A stretch of DNA of 60,238 nt from Phycisphaerae bacterium (GTDB taxonomy: Bacteria > Planctomycetota > Phycisphaerae > UBA1845 > Fen-1342): positions 1 to 60,238 of the forward strand of contig JBGAJB010000001.1 in NCBI GenBank assembly GCA_044225155.1, given 5' to 3'. Position 1 is the first letter of the stretch, and every line of letters begins with the position of its first letter. The notes under the pieces were generated by a model. It saw only the letters and a program-made list of their open reading frames with translations, made no database searches and was not told the DNA's origin. The translations under genes and the position numbers were made by a program. Shown piece by piece: positions 47,554 to 56,561 of this stretch.

Positions 47554-49359
47554 ATGTATTTCGCAACGCGGGTCGCACTGATCGGACTGCCGCTCTGGGG
47601 CCTATATGCCGCCACCGTGCGCGCGGACGAGCTTTCGCCGAATGACGCCCTGGCGCGTCTAACTGAGGGCAATGCTCGTTTTGTGGACGGCCGCATGACG
47701 TTTCCCAACTCCGACGAGCAGCGGCGGGAAGAAACGCTGAAGGCGCAGCATCCCTTTGCGGTAGTTCTCACCTGTTCGGACTCGCGCGTCCCCGTCGAGT
47801 ACGTTTTTGATCAGGGCATCGGCGATGTGTTCACGATCCGCGTGGCCGGCAACGTGTCCGATACCGACGAGATTGGCACGATCGAGTACGGCGTCGAGCA
47901 TCTCGAAGCGCCGCTGCTGGTCGTCATGGGCCATAGCTCCTGCGGCGCGGTAACCGCGGTCGTAAAGGGCACCAAGCTCGGCGGCGAGCTGCCGGGACTG
48001 GTCGACAACATTCGTCCGGCCGTGCGCGCCGTGCGGCAGCGCACGCCGCGCCCCACCGGCGATGCACTCATCGCCGAAGCGATTAAGGCCAATGTCTTTC
48101 AGAGCATGAGCGACCTGTTCCACAACAGCGAGATCGTGCGCGAGCGCGTGCAGCACGATCAGCTTAAAGTCGTCGGCGCGATCTACGATCTCTCCAGCGG
48201 CAAAGTCGAGTGGCTCGGCACGCATCCGGAGCAGAAAGCGCTGCTGAAGCCCGGGAAGGACGAGAGCAAGCCCGCAGCTGCCGCGACTCCCGTCAAGCCG
48301 ATGAGCACGAGCGACGAAAAGCCGGCCGCGAATATGCGCGAAGAGAAGCCGGGCGGCGCGCCCAAGCCCAAGTCGTCGACCGGCCAAGGACACGGCGGCA
48401 CGATGAACGATGACAGCTCAAGCGAGCACGGGCCCTTCATGAGCGATCCGACGGCAATGGACGAGCACGCCCAGCCCGCCAACGACGAGCCAAAGACCGC
48501 GGGCGGTCATGCCAAGAGCAGCGACGACAAGTCGAAGATGGAGCCGGCAGCCGAGAAACACAGCAAGATGGACGACGATGCGAAGACCGGGGAAATGAAG
48601 AAGCCCGCCAAGTCGATGGAAAAACACGACGGGCCGGCGCATGACTCAAACAACAAGCCGGCTGCCGCGAAGAAGTCGACCGGCGCCGACGAGGACAACA
48701 ATGGCCCGACGGCCGGCGAAGCGTTTGCCCGCCTGAAGGACGGCAACATCCGCTATTCGACCGGAGCGCCGCAGCACCCGCACCTCAACGACGCGCGGCG
48801 AAATGAAACCAGCAGCGGCCAGAAGCCGTTCGCGACGGTCCTTTGCTGCAGCGATTCGCGCGTTCCGCCCGAGATCGTCTTCGATCAGGGCATCGGCGAT
48901 CTGTTCATCGTGCGCGTCGCGGGTAACGTGGCGGACGGCGACGAAATCGGCTCCGCCGAATACGCCGTCGGCCATTTGAATACCCCGGTGCTGCTCGTCC
49001 TCGGACATCGCTCCTGCGGGGCGGTGACGGCCGTGGTGAAGAACGCAACCGTCCACGGCAGCATTCCGAAGCTGGTCGACAACATCGGTCCGGCTGTTCA
49101 GCAGGTGAAGTGGACGAACGGCAACCTGGCCGGGCCCGATCTTATCGCGGCCGCGATCAAGTCCAATGTCTGGCGCAGCGTGGAAGACATCCTGCGCCGC
49201 AGCCCTGAAGTGCGCGAGCGCGTGGAAGCCGGAAAGCTGCTGATCGTGGGCGGCGTCTACGATCTCGAATCGGGTCGAGTCGAGTGGCTCGGCACGCACC
49301 CGGAAGAGAAGATGATCGTTGGGGACGAACAGAATCGGTCGGGCGAGCCGAAAAAATAA
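47554..49359 (+). CDS. Secreted tandem beta-carbonic anhydrase fusion (two CA domains joined by a long low-complexity linker)
   Basis: A signal peptide is present. Domain 1 has CSDSRVPVE...GHSSCGAV and domain 2 has CSDSRVPPE...GHRSCGAV. A linker of about 150 aa rich in K/P/D/E/A (about 48230-48700) joins them. Confidence 0.9.
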   Translation: MYFATRVALIGLPLWGLYAATVRADELSPNDALARLTEGNARFVDGRMTFPNSDEQRREETLKAQHPFAVVLTCSDSRVPVEYVFDQGIGDVFTIRVAGNVSDTDEIGTIEYGVEHLEAPLLVVMGHSSCGAVTAVVKGTKLGGELPGLVDNIRPAVRAVRQRTPRPTGDALIAEAIKANVFQSMSDLFHNSEIVRERVQHDQLKVVGAIYDLSSGKVEWLGTHPEQKALLKPGKDESKPAAAATPVKPMSTSDEKPAANMREEKPGGAPKPKSSTGQGHGGTMNDDSSSEHGPFMSDPTAMDEHAQPANDEPKTAGGHAKSSDDKSKMEPAAEKHSKMDDDAKTGEMKKPAKSMEKHDGPAHDSNNKPAAAKKSTGADEDNNGPTAGEAFARLKDGNIRYSTGAPQHPHLNDARRNETSSGQKPFATVLCCSDSRVPPEIVFDQGIGDLFIVRVAGNVADGDEIGSAEYAVGHLNTPVLLVLGHRSCGAVTAVVKNATVHGSIPKLVDNIGPAVQQVKWTNGNLAGPDLIAAAIKSNVWRSVEDILRRSPEVRERVEAGKLLIVGGVYDLESGRVEWLGTHPEEKMIVGDEQNRSGEPKK

Positions 49360-49528
49360 GAGGGCCACGCCGAGCAAGTGCAGTTCCCAGAGCGGCATCG
49401 GTGGGAAACCTGCCGATACTGCTTCTCAAATTTGCGCGTTGCGGCCCTCTAGTAGCCGAGTTTGCTTTCGCGACATGCACCCGCCAATGTCGCGCGAACG
49501 CAATTCGCGCGATCTAGAAAACTGCACC

Positions 49529-49548
49529 GGAAATTCCGACGAATTTCC
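49529..49548. promoter_or_regulatory. Perfect 8-4-8 palindrome (candidate operator) upstream of the MauE-like gene
   Basis: GGAAATTC-CGAC-GAATTTCC is immediately followed by CCTCC, a G9 run (49554-49562) and an AT-rich TATATAGTAT box. Confidence 0.35.
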
Positions 49549-49636
49549 CCTCCGGGGGGGGGTTGTCGTATATAGTATCTGATAGCCTATCCTGTTCTGC
49601 TCGTTGCGCCGTTCCTGGAGCGTTTGGGAATCTGCC

Positions 49637-50074
49637 ATGAAATGGCAGCTAATCCTGCCCTTCCTAGCTTCGGTTGCCACGCGGTCGCTGGTCCCGGGGA
49701 CGGAAGCGAAAACCATTGAGTATCTTCGTGCGTTCTTTCAGATTCCGTCGGAAGATGCCGCAATCCTGGCTGCGGCGAGCCTTCAAATAGAAGCCTTGGC
49801 CGCTGCATTCCTGCTATGGCCGCGCACGTTCTGGCTTGGATGTATCATCGTGACAGGCTTGGCAACAGCCTACGCTATCATGCACGCATTCGCGCTGCTC
49901 GTGGGCGATGCAGCGCCATGTCCATGTGGGGGCTTGAACACTGCTGCTTCGCCCGTTATCGCTCATCTTCTGATGGGAGCTTTTTGCATAACAATGACAG
50001 TAATTGCGACGCGGCTCGCGCTCGCGCCGCCGAGGAAAAATCGATTTCAAGGAGAACCTCCGTGCGTTTCGTGA
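49637..50074 (+). CDS. MauE/DoxX-like redox-associated membrane protein
   Basis: TM helices carry the segment ILAAASLQIEALAAAFLLWP...HAFALLVGDAAPCPCGGL, which resembles the MauE family CGC(F)G region. The composition is AT-richer than the surroundings. Confidence 0.55.
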   Translation: MKWQLILPFLASVATRSLVPGTEAKTIEYLRAFFQIPSEDAAILAAASLQIEALAAAFLLWPRTFWLGCIIVTGLATAYAIMHAFALLVGDAAPCPCGGLNTAASPVIAHLLMGAFCITMTVIATRLALAPPRKNRFQGEPPCVS

Positions 50075-50250
50075 CTCAAATTCTCGCGACAGGTTTATTG
50101 GTTGGTGCCGCTTTTTCTTCAATCATCGCAGATCATGACTGCAAAAAGAATAAGATCTGTTCAACGTCGAGCAAAGTATGTACGGGCGGCGGAATCTGCA
50201 CCTATTGCTCTGGCGTTTGCGTGTACGACGTCTGCCCGTCGTCCTGCTAA
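50062..50250 (+). CDS. Small secreted cysteine-rich peptide (62 aa precursor, 8 Cys in the ~39-aa mature part)
   Basis: AAGGAG (50049-50054) lies 7 nt upstream of GTG 50062. The product is MRFVTQILATGLLVGAAFSSIIA|DHDCKKNKICSTSSKVCTGGGICTYCSGVCVYDVCPSSC. It overlaps the upstream gene by 13 nt and is hidden in the track inside the 144-aa ORF 49816-50250. Confidence 0.5.
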   Translation: MRFVTQILATGLLVGAAFSSIIADHDCKKNKICSTSSKVCTGGGICTYCSGVCVYDVCPSSC

Positions 50251-50259
50251 ATATGGAGC

Positions 50260-51315
50260 ATGTCGATGTTTACTACTCTGACAGCCTTTGTCATCGGCAC
50301 TTCGGGAATCAATCCCTCCGCGATGGCCCAAATCTTCTCACACCGCCTCGCCGTTCTCGATCGCCTTGTTATCCAAGTTGAAATGCACGCCTACATCGCC
50401 CCATTAGACGCCAGTCCGCTGGATCTGTCGAGCTGGGGCGAGGCCTTTGATCCCGGGGAAGGTACTGTCGGGCAACTCGAGATTGTCAGACCTTGCGCGC
50501 GGCTCGACGTGTTCGCTGCGGGAGGCACTGATCCCGCCGTATTTGCGTTTCGCCCATCTGGCGTTATCCTGCAGGCGCGCGGTCGAGGCAGCACCGGCAA
50601 GTCAGTTTATGTATCGTTCGAAAATCCGCCGGAATACGATAGCTTACCTAGCACTCCCCTGTTTCAAGTCTTTGATATTCAGGTTCATGAGAGCTATGCG
50701 GCGGGGCTCAATATCGAGCGCCTCCTCCGCGACCCATCATGCAGATTGAGTGGTGTGAACGAGAACCTAAACACCTACACCGCAGACCTGCGTTTGGAGA
50801 AAGATTACGGTACGTGGCTTGAACAATACGAGTTCGACTTGAGCGACAATGGCACGCCTCAACGATTTCATATGACGCGCCGAGCGGAGGACGGATCCTT
50901 CACGTTTGACCGAGAGATGACGACGGTCGCCACGCTAGAGTTGGGCGGCGCCGAGTTGATCAGCGACGCCGTGTTCTTTACGACGAATTCGGTTGTCGAT
51001 CACTATGGAGTCCATCGAGTGACTGTGTGTGCCGCAAGCGTCAATCCGGCGCTGACGAAAGATGATGTCTCGCTTGTTCCGCCCAAGGTCGACTCTGTGA
51101 TCTGGACGCGAGGAGCTGATTTCTCGGAGTCCAAGGTGGAGTATGGCCCGGACGGAAAACCCATCGCTTCCGCGCGACCGTCCTCGGACTCGCGCCGAAT
51201 GGCGGCGCCCATTGCGGCCCTTGGCGGCGCCGTGGCCGCTCTCGGGTTGGGATTAGCCACTTGGAGAACGCGGCGCGGGAGAGCGACCACAATGCGAGAC
51301 GATGGCGTGCGCTAA
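50260..51315 (+). CDS. Secreted, C-terminally anchored protein of unknown function
   Basis: TGGAG lies upstream of ATG 50260. An N-terminal signal-like segment (..GINPSAMAQ) and a beta-rich body are followed by a C-terminal TM helix plus basic tail (AAPIAALGGAVAALGLGLATWRTRRGR). Confidence 0.6.
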   Translation: MSMFTTLTAFVIGTSGINPSAMAQIFSHRLAVLDRLVIQVEMHAYIAPLDASPLDLSSWGEAFDPGEGTVGQLEIVRPCARLDVFAAGGTDPAVFAFRPSGVILQARGRGSTGKSVYVSFENPPEYDSLPSTPLFQVFDIQVHESYAAGLNIERLLRDPSCRLSGVNENLNTYTADLRLEKDYGTWLEQYEFDLSDNGTPQRFHMTRRAEDGSFTFDREMTTVATLELGGAELISDAVFFTTNSVVDHYGVHRVTVCAASVNPALTKDDVSLVPPKVDSVIWTRGADFSESKVEYGPDGKPIASARPSSDSRRMAAPIAALGGAVAALGLGLATWRTRRGRATTMRDDGVR

Positions 51316-51374
51316 GATCGCATCGGACGTCACTTGGATTGTCAGTTCGCGGGATCTGCCGTAGTTTTCTCGTC

Positions 51375-51785
51375 GTGCCAGCCACGCCGCGCAACTGCTG
51401 GATCGAAAGCCGCGCCCTGCTGGATAATGGTCAGCGCGAATTCCTCATCTTGCGCCGCGGACCGATGGATGAGGCGCTCTGGGATTTTCCGGGCGGAAAG
51501 CTGGAGGGCCGCGAATCCCCCGAAGCCGGGCTCAGGCGCGTGCTGCGCGACGAGCTGCAGATCGAGGTCACTCTTAACGTGGGCCAGCCGCCATTCGTGC
51601 ACAACTATGGCGACCGCTCAATCACGTATCGCTACTACATGTGCGCCGTCGCACGTGGTGCGCCGCGGACGGCGCCGAGTACCGAATTGCGCTGGATTCC
51701 GCTCGGCCAGCTTTGCGAATACGTGTTCGACCCGGCCGCACAGCAGGTGGTACAGTGGCTGCTGCAAAACCGCATGAGCGAATAG
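51375..51785 (+). CDS. NUDIX hydrolase (MutT-like)
   Basis: The Nudix box is GGKLEGRESPEAGLRRVLRDELQI. The start is uncertain; GTG 51375 avoids overlap with the preceding gene. Confidence 0.72.
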   Translation: MPATPRNCWIESRALLDNGQREFLILRRGPMDEALWDFPGGKLEGRESPEAGLRRVLRDELQIEVTLNVGQPPFVHNYGDRSITYRYYMCAVARGAPRTAPSTELRWIPLGQLCEYVFDPAAQQVVQWLLQNRMSE

Positions 51786-52092
51786 CGCCGGCATCGTTCC
51801 AAACATCCTGAAATCCTTGAAAACCGGCAGTGGGTCGGTTTGAACCGAGCCGCGACCGTGTGGGAGCGGGGATCGGAGAACCCTCGCGGGCTAGCTGAAA
51901 ATTGCTCTCCGTTTCTTCCTTTCTGACGGGCACGGCTCGGACAAGCGCAAACTGACCCACGATCGGAAAAACGCCCCCACGCGTCCGGCGGGGGAAACGC
52001 GGATACACTGCGGGATTGGAGATTCCGCGTCGGCCGGTGAGTGCGCGCGACGCGAAACAGACCGGGCAAGCTCGGGCGAGCAAGAGTCACAC

Positions 52093-53304
52093 ATGCGACG
52101 GTACAGCGAATCCGAAATCCTCCAGATGTACGACGAGTTGAGCATCCACGAACTCGGCGCGCTGGCGTTCGAGCGGCTGCAGCAGATGCACCCAGAGCCC
52201 TTTCGCACCTACGTCGTCGACCGCAACATCAACTACAGCAACGTCTGCACCGCCAAGTGCATCTTCTGCAACTTTAAGGCCGATCCGGGCGACAAAGACG
52301 CCTACATCTTGAGCTTCGAGCAGATCGGCAAAAAGATCGAGGAATTGATCGACATCGGCGGCACGCAGATTCTCATGCAGGGCGGCCTCGTGCCGGACGC
52401 CGATGAGCCGCATGGCCACGGCCTGCCGTTTGAGTGGTATCTCGATCTACTGCGCTTCATTCGCAAGAACTACCCGTCGATCCACATCCACGCGTTCAGT
52501 CCGCCGGAGATCTGGGCGATGCACCAGGTCTTCCGCATGCCGCTGCGCGAGGTGCTGCTCCGCCTGCGCGATGCGGGACTCGCCACCATTCCCGGCGGAG
52601 GCGGCGAAATCCTCGTCGATCGCGTGCGAACGAAAATCGCGCAGGGAAAGACGCTCGCGCACGAGTGGATGGCCGTCATGCGCGAGGCCCACCAGATCGG
52701 CATGAAGACCAGCGCCACGATGGTCATCGGCCATATCGAGACGCTCGAAGATCGCATCGCACACATGCGTCTGATTCGCGACCTTCAGGACGAAACCGGC
52801 GGCTTCACGGCCTTTATCCACTGGACCTTCCAGCCCGAAGGCACGCCGCTGGGACGCTGGAAGCGCCTGCCGGAAGGCGACAACGGCCGCCGCCCGCGTC
52901 CCGACGGTCAGCATCTGCTGCTCGCCGACGCCCACGAATATCTGGTTTGGCTCGCGCTGGTTCGGCTCTATTTCGACAACGTGCCGAACATTCAATCGAG
53001 CTGGGTGACCATGGGGCCGAAGGTCGGGCAGCTTGCGCTCTTCTATGGCGCAAACGACATGGGCAGCGTGATGATGGAAGAAAACGTCGTCAGCCAGGCC
53101 GGCGCGTCATTCCGCCTCAGCGAGGACGAGATTCGCCGGCTCATCACGGACGCCGGATGGACACCGCAGCAGCGCGACCAGTATTACCGTCTGATCGACA
53201 CATCCGCCCAACGCCGTGCTCGCCTTCAAACGGCGCCGGTCTCACATGTCGCGCCGCATCAGCCGGCAGCCGTCGTCCCCCTGACCGTCAGCGGGACCGA
53301 GTGA
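52093..53304 (+). CDS. Futalosine-pathway radical SAM enzyme (MqnC/MqnE family, MqnC-like)
   Basis: TYVVDRNINYSNVCTAKCIFCNF provides the CxxxCxxC site. The CofH/MqnC-like core (ILMQGGL, HIHAFSPPEI, GGGGEIL) is present. Confidence 0.82.
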   Translation: MRRYSESEILQMYDELSIHELGALAFERLQQMHPEPFRTYVVDRNINYSNVCTAKCIFCNFKADPGDKDAYILSFEQIGKKIEELIDIGGTQILMQGGLVPDADEPHGHGLPFEWYLDLLRFIRKNYPSIHIHAFSPPEIWAMHQVFRMPLREVLLRLRDAGLATIPGGGGEILVDRVRTKIAQGKTLAHEWMAVMREAHQIGMKTSATMVIGHIETLEDRIAHMRLIRDLQDETGGFTAFIHWTFQPEGTPLGRWKRLPEGDNGRRPRPDGQHLLLADAHEYLVWLALVRLYFDNVPNIQSSWVTMGPKVGQLALFYGANDMGSVMMEENVVSQAGASFRLSEDEIRRLITDAGWTPQQRDQYYRLIDTSAQRRARLQTAPVSHVAPHQPAAVVPLTVSGTE

Positions 53305-53447
53305 GGCGTGTTCATTCCTTGGAAGTAGGTCCGAGAACTCTTGGCGCCTGAAATCTTTGTTTGGAACTGCCTAGATATTCAGCTATATTCGCCGTTGCGG
53401 GCGTGGGAAGCACCCGCGTATTCGTCCTATCCACACTTGGGGGCAAG

Positions 53448-56271
53448 ATGAGAAGGGTCATTTCGTTAGCCGCATTCTCGCTGATTTCGTTCACACCGAT
53501 CGTTGTTGCCGGCGGAAAGTCGCAGAGCAACGAGCTGTCGGGCACGGCTGTAAGTCGGGAACCCGAAGTCACCTACATGTCGGTGAGCAATTCCGCGCAG
53601 CCCGAATGGCAGCTCCTGCCATCGGCCGCACAGTCGCTGCTATCGTCGATTCCCGGGACGCACGCACAGCTCGTCGACGGGCGCGTACGCATCCTGTACG
53701 GCATGCCGATGGGCTCCGCGGACAGCGCGGAAGAGGCCGCCGGCAATTGGCTGGCGCAGCATGCTCAGGCGTTCGGCGCGGGCGAAATTGAACTGCGCGA
53801 GCGCTTCAACGCGATCGCCGGCAATGGAAAGTTCACCGTCTTCGGATACGACCAGTACATCGACGGCCTGCCGGTGGAATACGGCGTGGCCCGCGTGCTC
53901 GTGAACAACGACCTGGGCAACCAGGTGGTATATGCGGCCGCAACTCTGGCGCAGGTTCCCGCTGAAATTCAGCCGGCGGCGATCTCAGCCGAATCGGCGG
54001 TCGACATCGCCCGCACGCAGCGCCCCGACCTGCCGACCTGGTCGGCCGCGAGCGGCGCCTGGTACTTCGGCGACGGAGCGTGGACGACGGCATACCGTGT
54101 CTGGAAGGTCGTCGGCGAGCAGCCTGATCTGACCCGCCGCGAGAAGTACACTTTTTTTGTGGATGCCGTGAACGGCAGCGTCATTCACACTCGTGATGAC
54201 GTGTTGCATGCGAACGTGATCGGCAACGTGCAGGCGAATGCCTCCCCGGGCACTCTGCCTGATATCGCCAGCAATCCGCCCACCCTCCTGCCCGTGACCG
54301 ACCTGTCAGTTGCGGTGACCGGCGGCAGCTCGGCTTACAGCGATCGCACGGGCGCGTTCAACATCACGAACGCGGGCACGACGAATGTGACCGTGACGAC
54401 CAACGCCAGCTCCGGCCACTGGGTGAACGTAAACAACAATTCCACGGGTGGCGAGATTTCCGCCAGCGGCACGTTCACGCCCGGCGTTTCGGGCACGCTG
54501 ACATTGAATCCCGCCATCGGAAAATCTGACGGCCCAGGCCAACGGACTGATCCAGACCGCCGTCGTCCACAACTATGTCAAGGACCGCACGACGTGGACC
54601 GGCATGGATTTCGTCATGACCTGCAACGTCAACATCGCGTCGACTTGCAACGCGTTCTATGACGGCACGATCAACTTCTACTTATCCGGCGGCGGATGCG
54701 TGAACACCGCCTACGCGTCGGTCGTCCACCATGAATATGGCCACGGCATTGTGAATAACCTTGGCCTGCCGCAAGGCGGCTTCGGCGAAGGCTATGGCGA
54801 TGTCACCGGCATGCTGATCAATGACAGCCCGATCGTCGGGCCGAACTTCTTCACGAGCGGCGGCAACATTCGCAATCCGAATACCTCGAATCGCCAATAC
54901 CCCTGCAGCGGAGAAGTACACTTCTGCGGCGAGCTGCTGGGCGGCGTCTGGTGGGATATCCGCGAACAGATGGGAATCAAATACGGAGCCGGCGCGCTGG
55001 AACTGACGCGCCAACTGGAAATTGACTGGTCGCTCATTACGACCGGCGGCACGGGAGCCGATTCCAGCAACTCCGCCCATCCCGGCACGGCCATCGAAGT
55101 CCTCACGGTGAACGATGACGATGGCAACCTGAACAACGGCACTCCGGACTACACAGAGATCTGCAGCGGCTTCTCGCAGCACAGCATCTCGTGCCCGCCA
55201 ATTTCGCCGCTGACGTTTACCTACCCGGAAGGCCTGCCGACCATCCTCGTGCCGAATGCGCCGAATTCGTTCCGCGTGCTCGTCACGACGAATACGGGCG
55301 TGACTCCGACGCCCGGAACCGGGACGCTCAGCTACTCAATCGACGGCAACCCGGCCTACACGACCGTTCCCATGGCGGTGTTGGGTACCAATGACTATCG
55401 CGCGACGATTCCGGCCCTGCCGTGCGGGTCGCACGTTCGTTTCTATGTTTCCTCGGGCTCGAGCGCAGGCTCGGTCAGTGATCCGTTGAACGCCCCCACC
55501 AGTGGGGTCAACATGGCTGACTCGAGCGGCGGCCTGCTCGTTCCGTTCGAGGACGACTTCGAAACAAACAAGGGCTGGACCGTCGGCGGAAGCGGCGATA
55601 CCGCGACGACGGGCATCTGGACGCGCGTTGATCCGGTCGGCACCGCCGCCCAGCCGGAAGACGATGTCGATGCGAACGGCACGCTCTGCTTCGTGACCGG
55701 TCAGGGAGCGGTCGGCGGCGGCCTCGGCGACAACGACGTGGACGGCGGCAAGACCACGCTCACGTCGCCGGTCATCGATCTGAGCGCCGCAATCGCGCCG
55801 CGCGTCGGCTACTGGCGCTGGTATTCGAACGACAAGGGCGCAGCGCCGAACGCCGATACCTTCCGGGTTGAGATCACCAACAACGGGACGACGTGGGTCA
55901 ACGCCGAGACAGTCGGTCCGACCGGTGCGGAAACGAGTGGCGGCTGGATTTACCACGAGTTCGCCGTGAGCACGTTTGTCACGCCGACGGCCACCGTGCG
56001 GGTGCGCTTTATCGCTGAGGACGCCGGCAGCGGCTCGATCGTTGAAGCCGGAGTCGACGACTTCAAGGTGACCGCCTCGGATTGCGCCGTCGCCTGCACC
56101 GGCGACCTCGACGGCGATCACGGCCGCGGTCTGGCGGACCTGGGTATCGTGCTGGCCAATTTCGGCCTGCCGAACCGGACGCCGCAGCAGGGCGACTTTG
56201 ACGGCGACACGGACGTCGACCTCACCGACCTGGGCGTCATGCTCTCGGTTTACGGCATCCCGTGTCCGTAA
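53448..56271 (+). pseudogene. Secreted zinc metalloprotease (thermolysin/fungalysin-like clan MA, HEYGH) with dockerin-like tail, frame shift at an A4 run (or assembly indel)
   Basis: Track ORFs 53361-54662 and 54604-56271 are two halves of one protein. Frame 0 ends ...TLTLNPAIG at AAAA 54521-54524. Frame 1 continues (E)NLTAQANGLIQTAVVHNYVKDRTTW...VVHHEYGHG...GEGYGD. The tail is CTGDLDGD...GDFDGDTDVDLTDLG..IPCP. Confidence 0.8.
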
Positions 56272-56561
56272 GAGCAGCGACCGGAATCTAGCAATCCGGT
56301 CCGGATGAGCACGAACCGGCGGCGGCAGCGCACGACGCTCCGCCGCCGGTACCTTTTTTCTCGATTGCTCGACATCGAATTCTTCACGGCCCGGGCGATA
56401 ACATCTCGCCCGTCTTCGCATAGTCCTCCCATCAGACTCACGGCACATTCGAGCCGCGCTTCTTTTCGGCCGCGACGCGCGAAATGTGCGAAAATCCAGA
56501 CCGATGCGCAAATCCCCGAAATGACCGTTGCGTCGTGTCGCAACGGCGCGGGGAGAACTAT

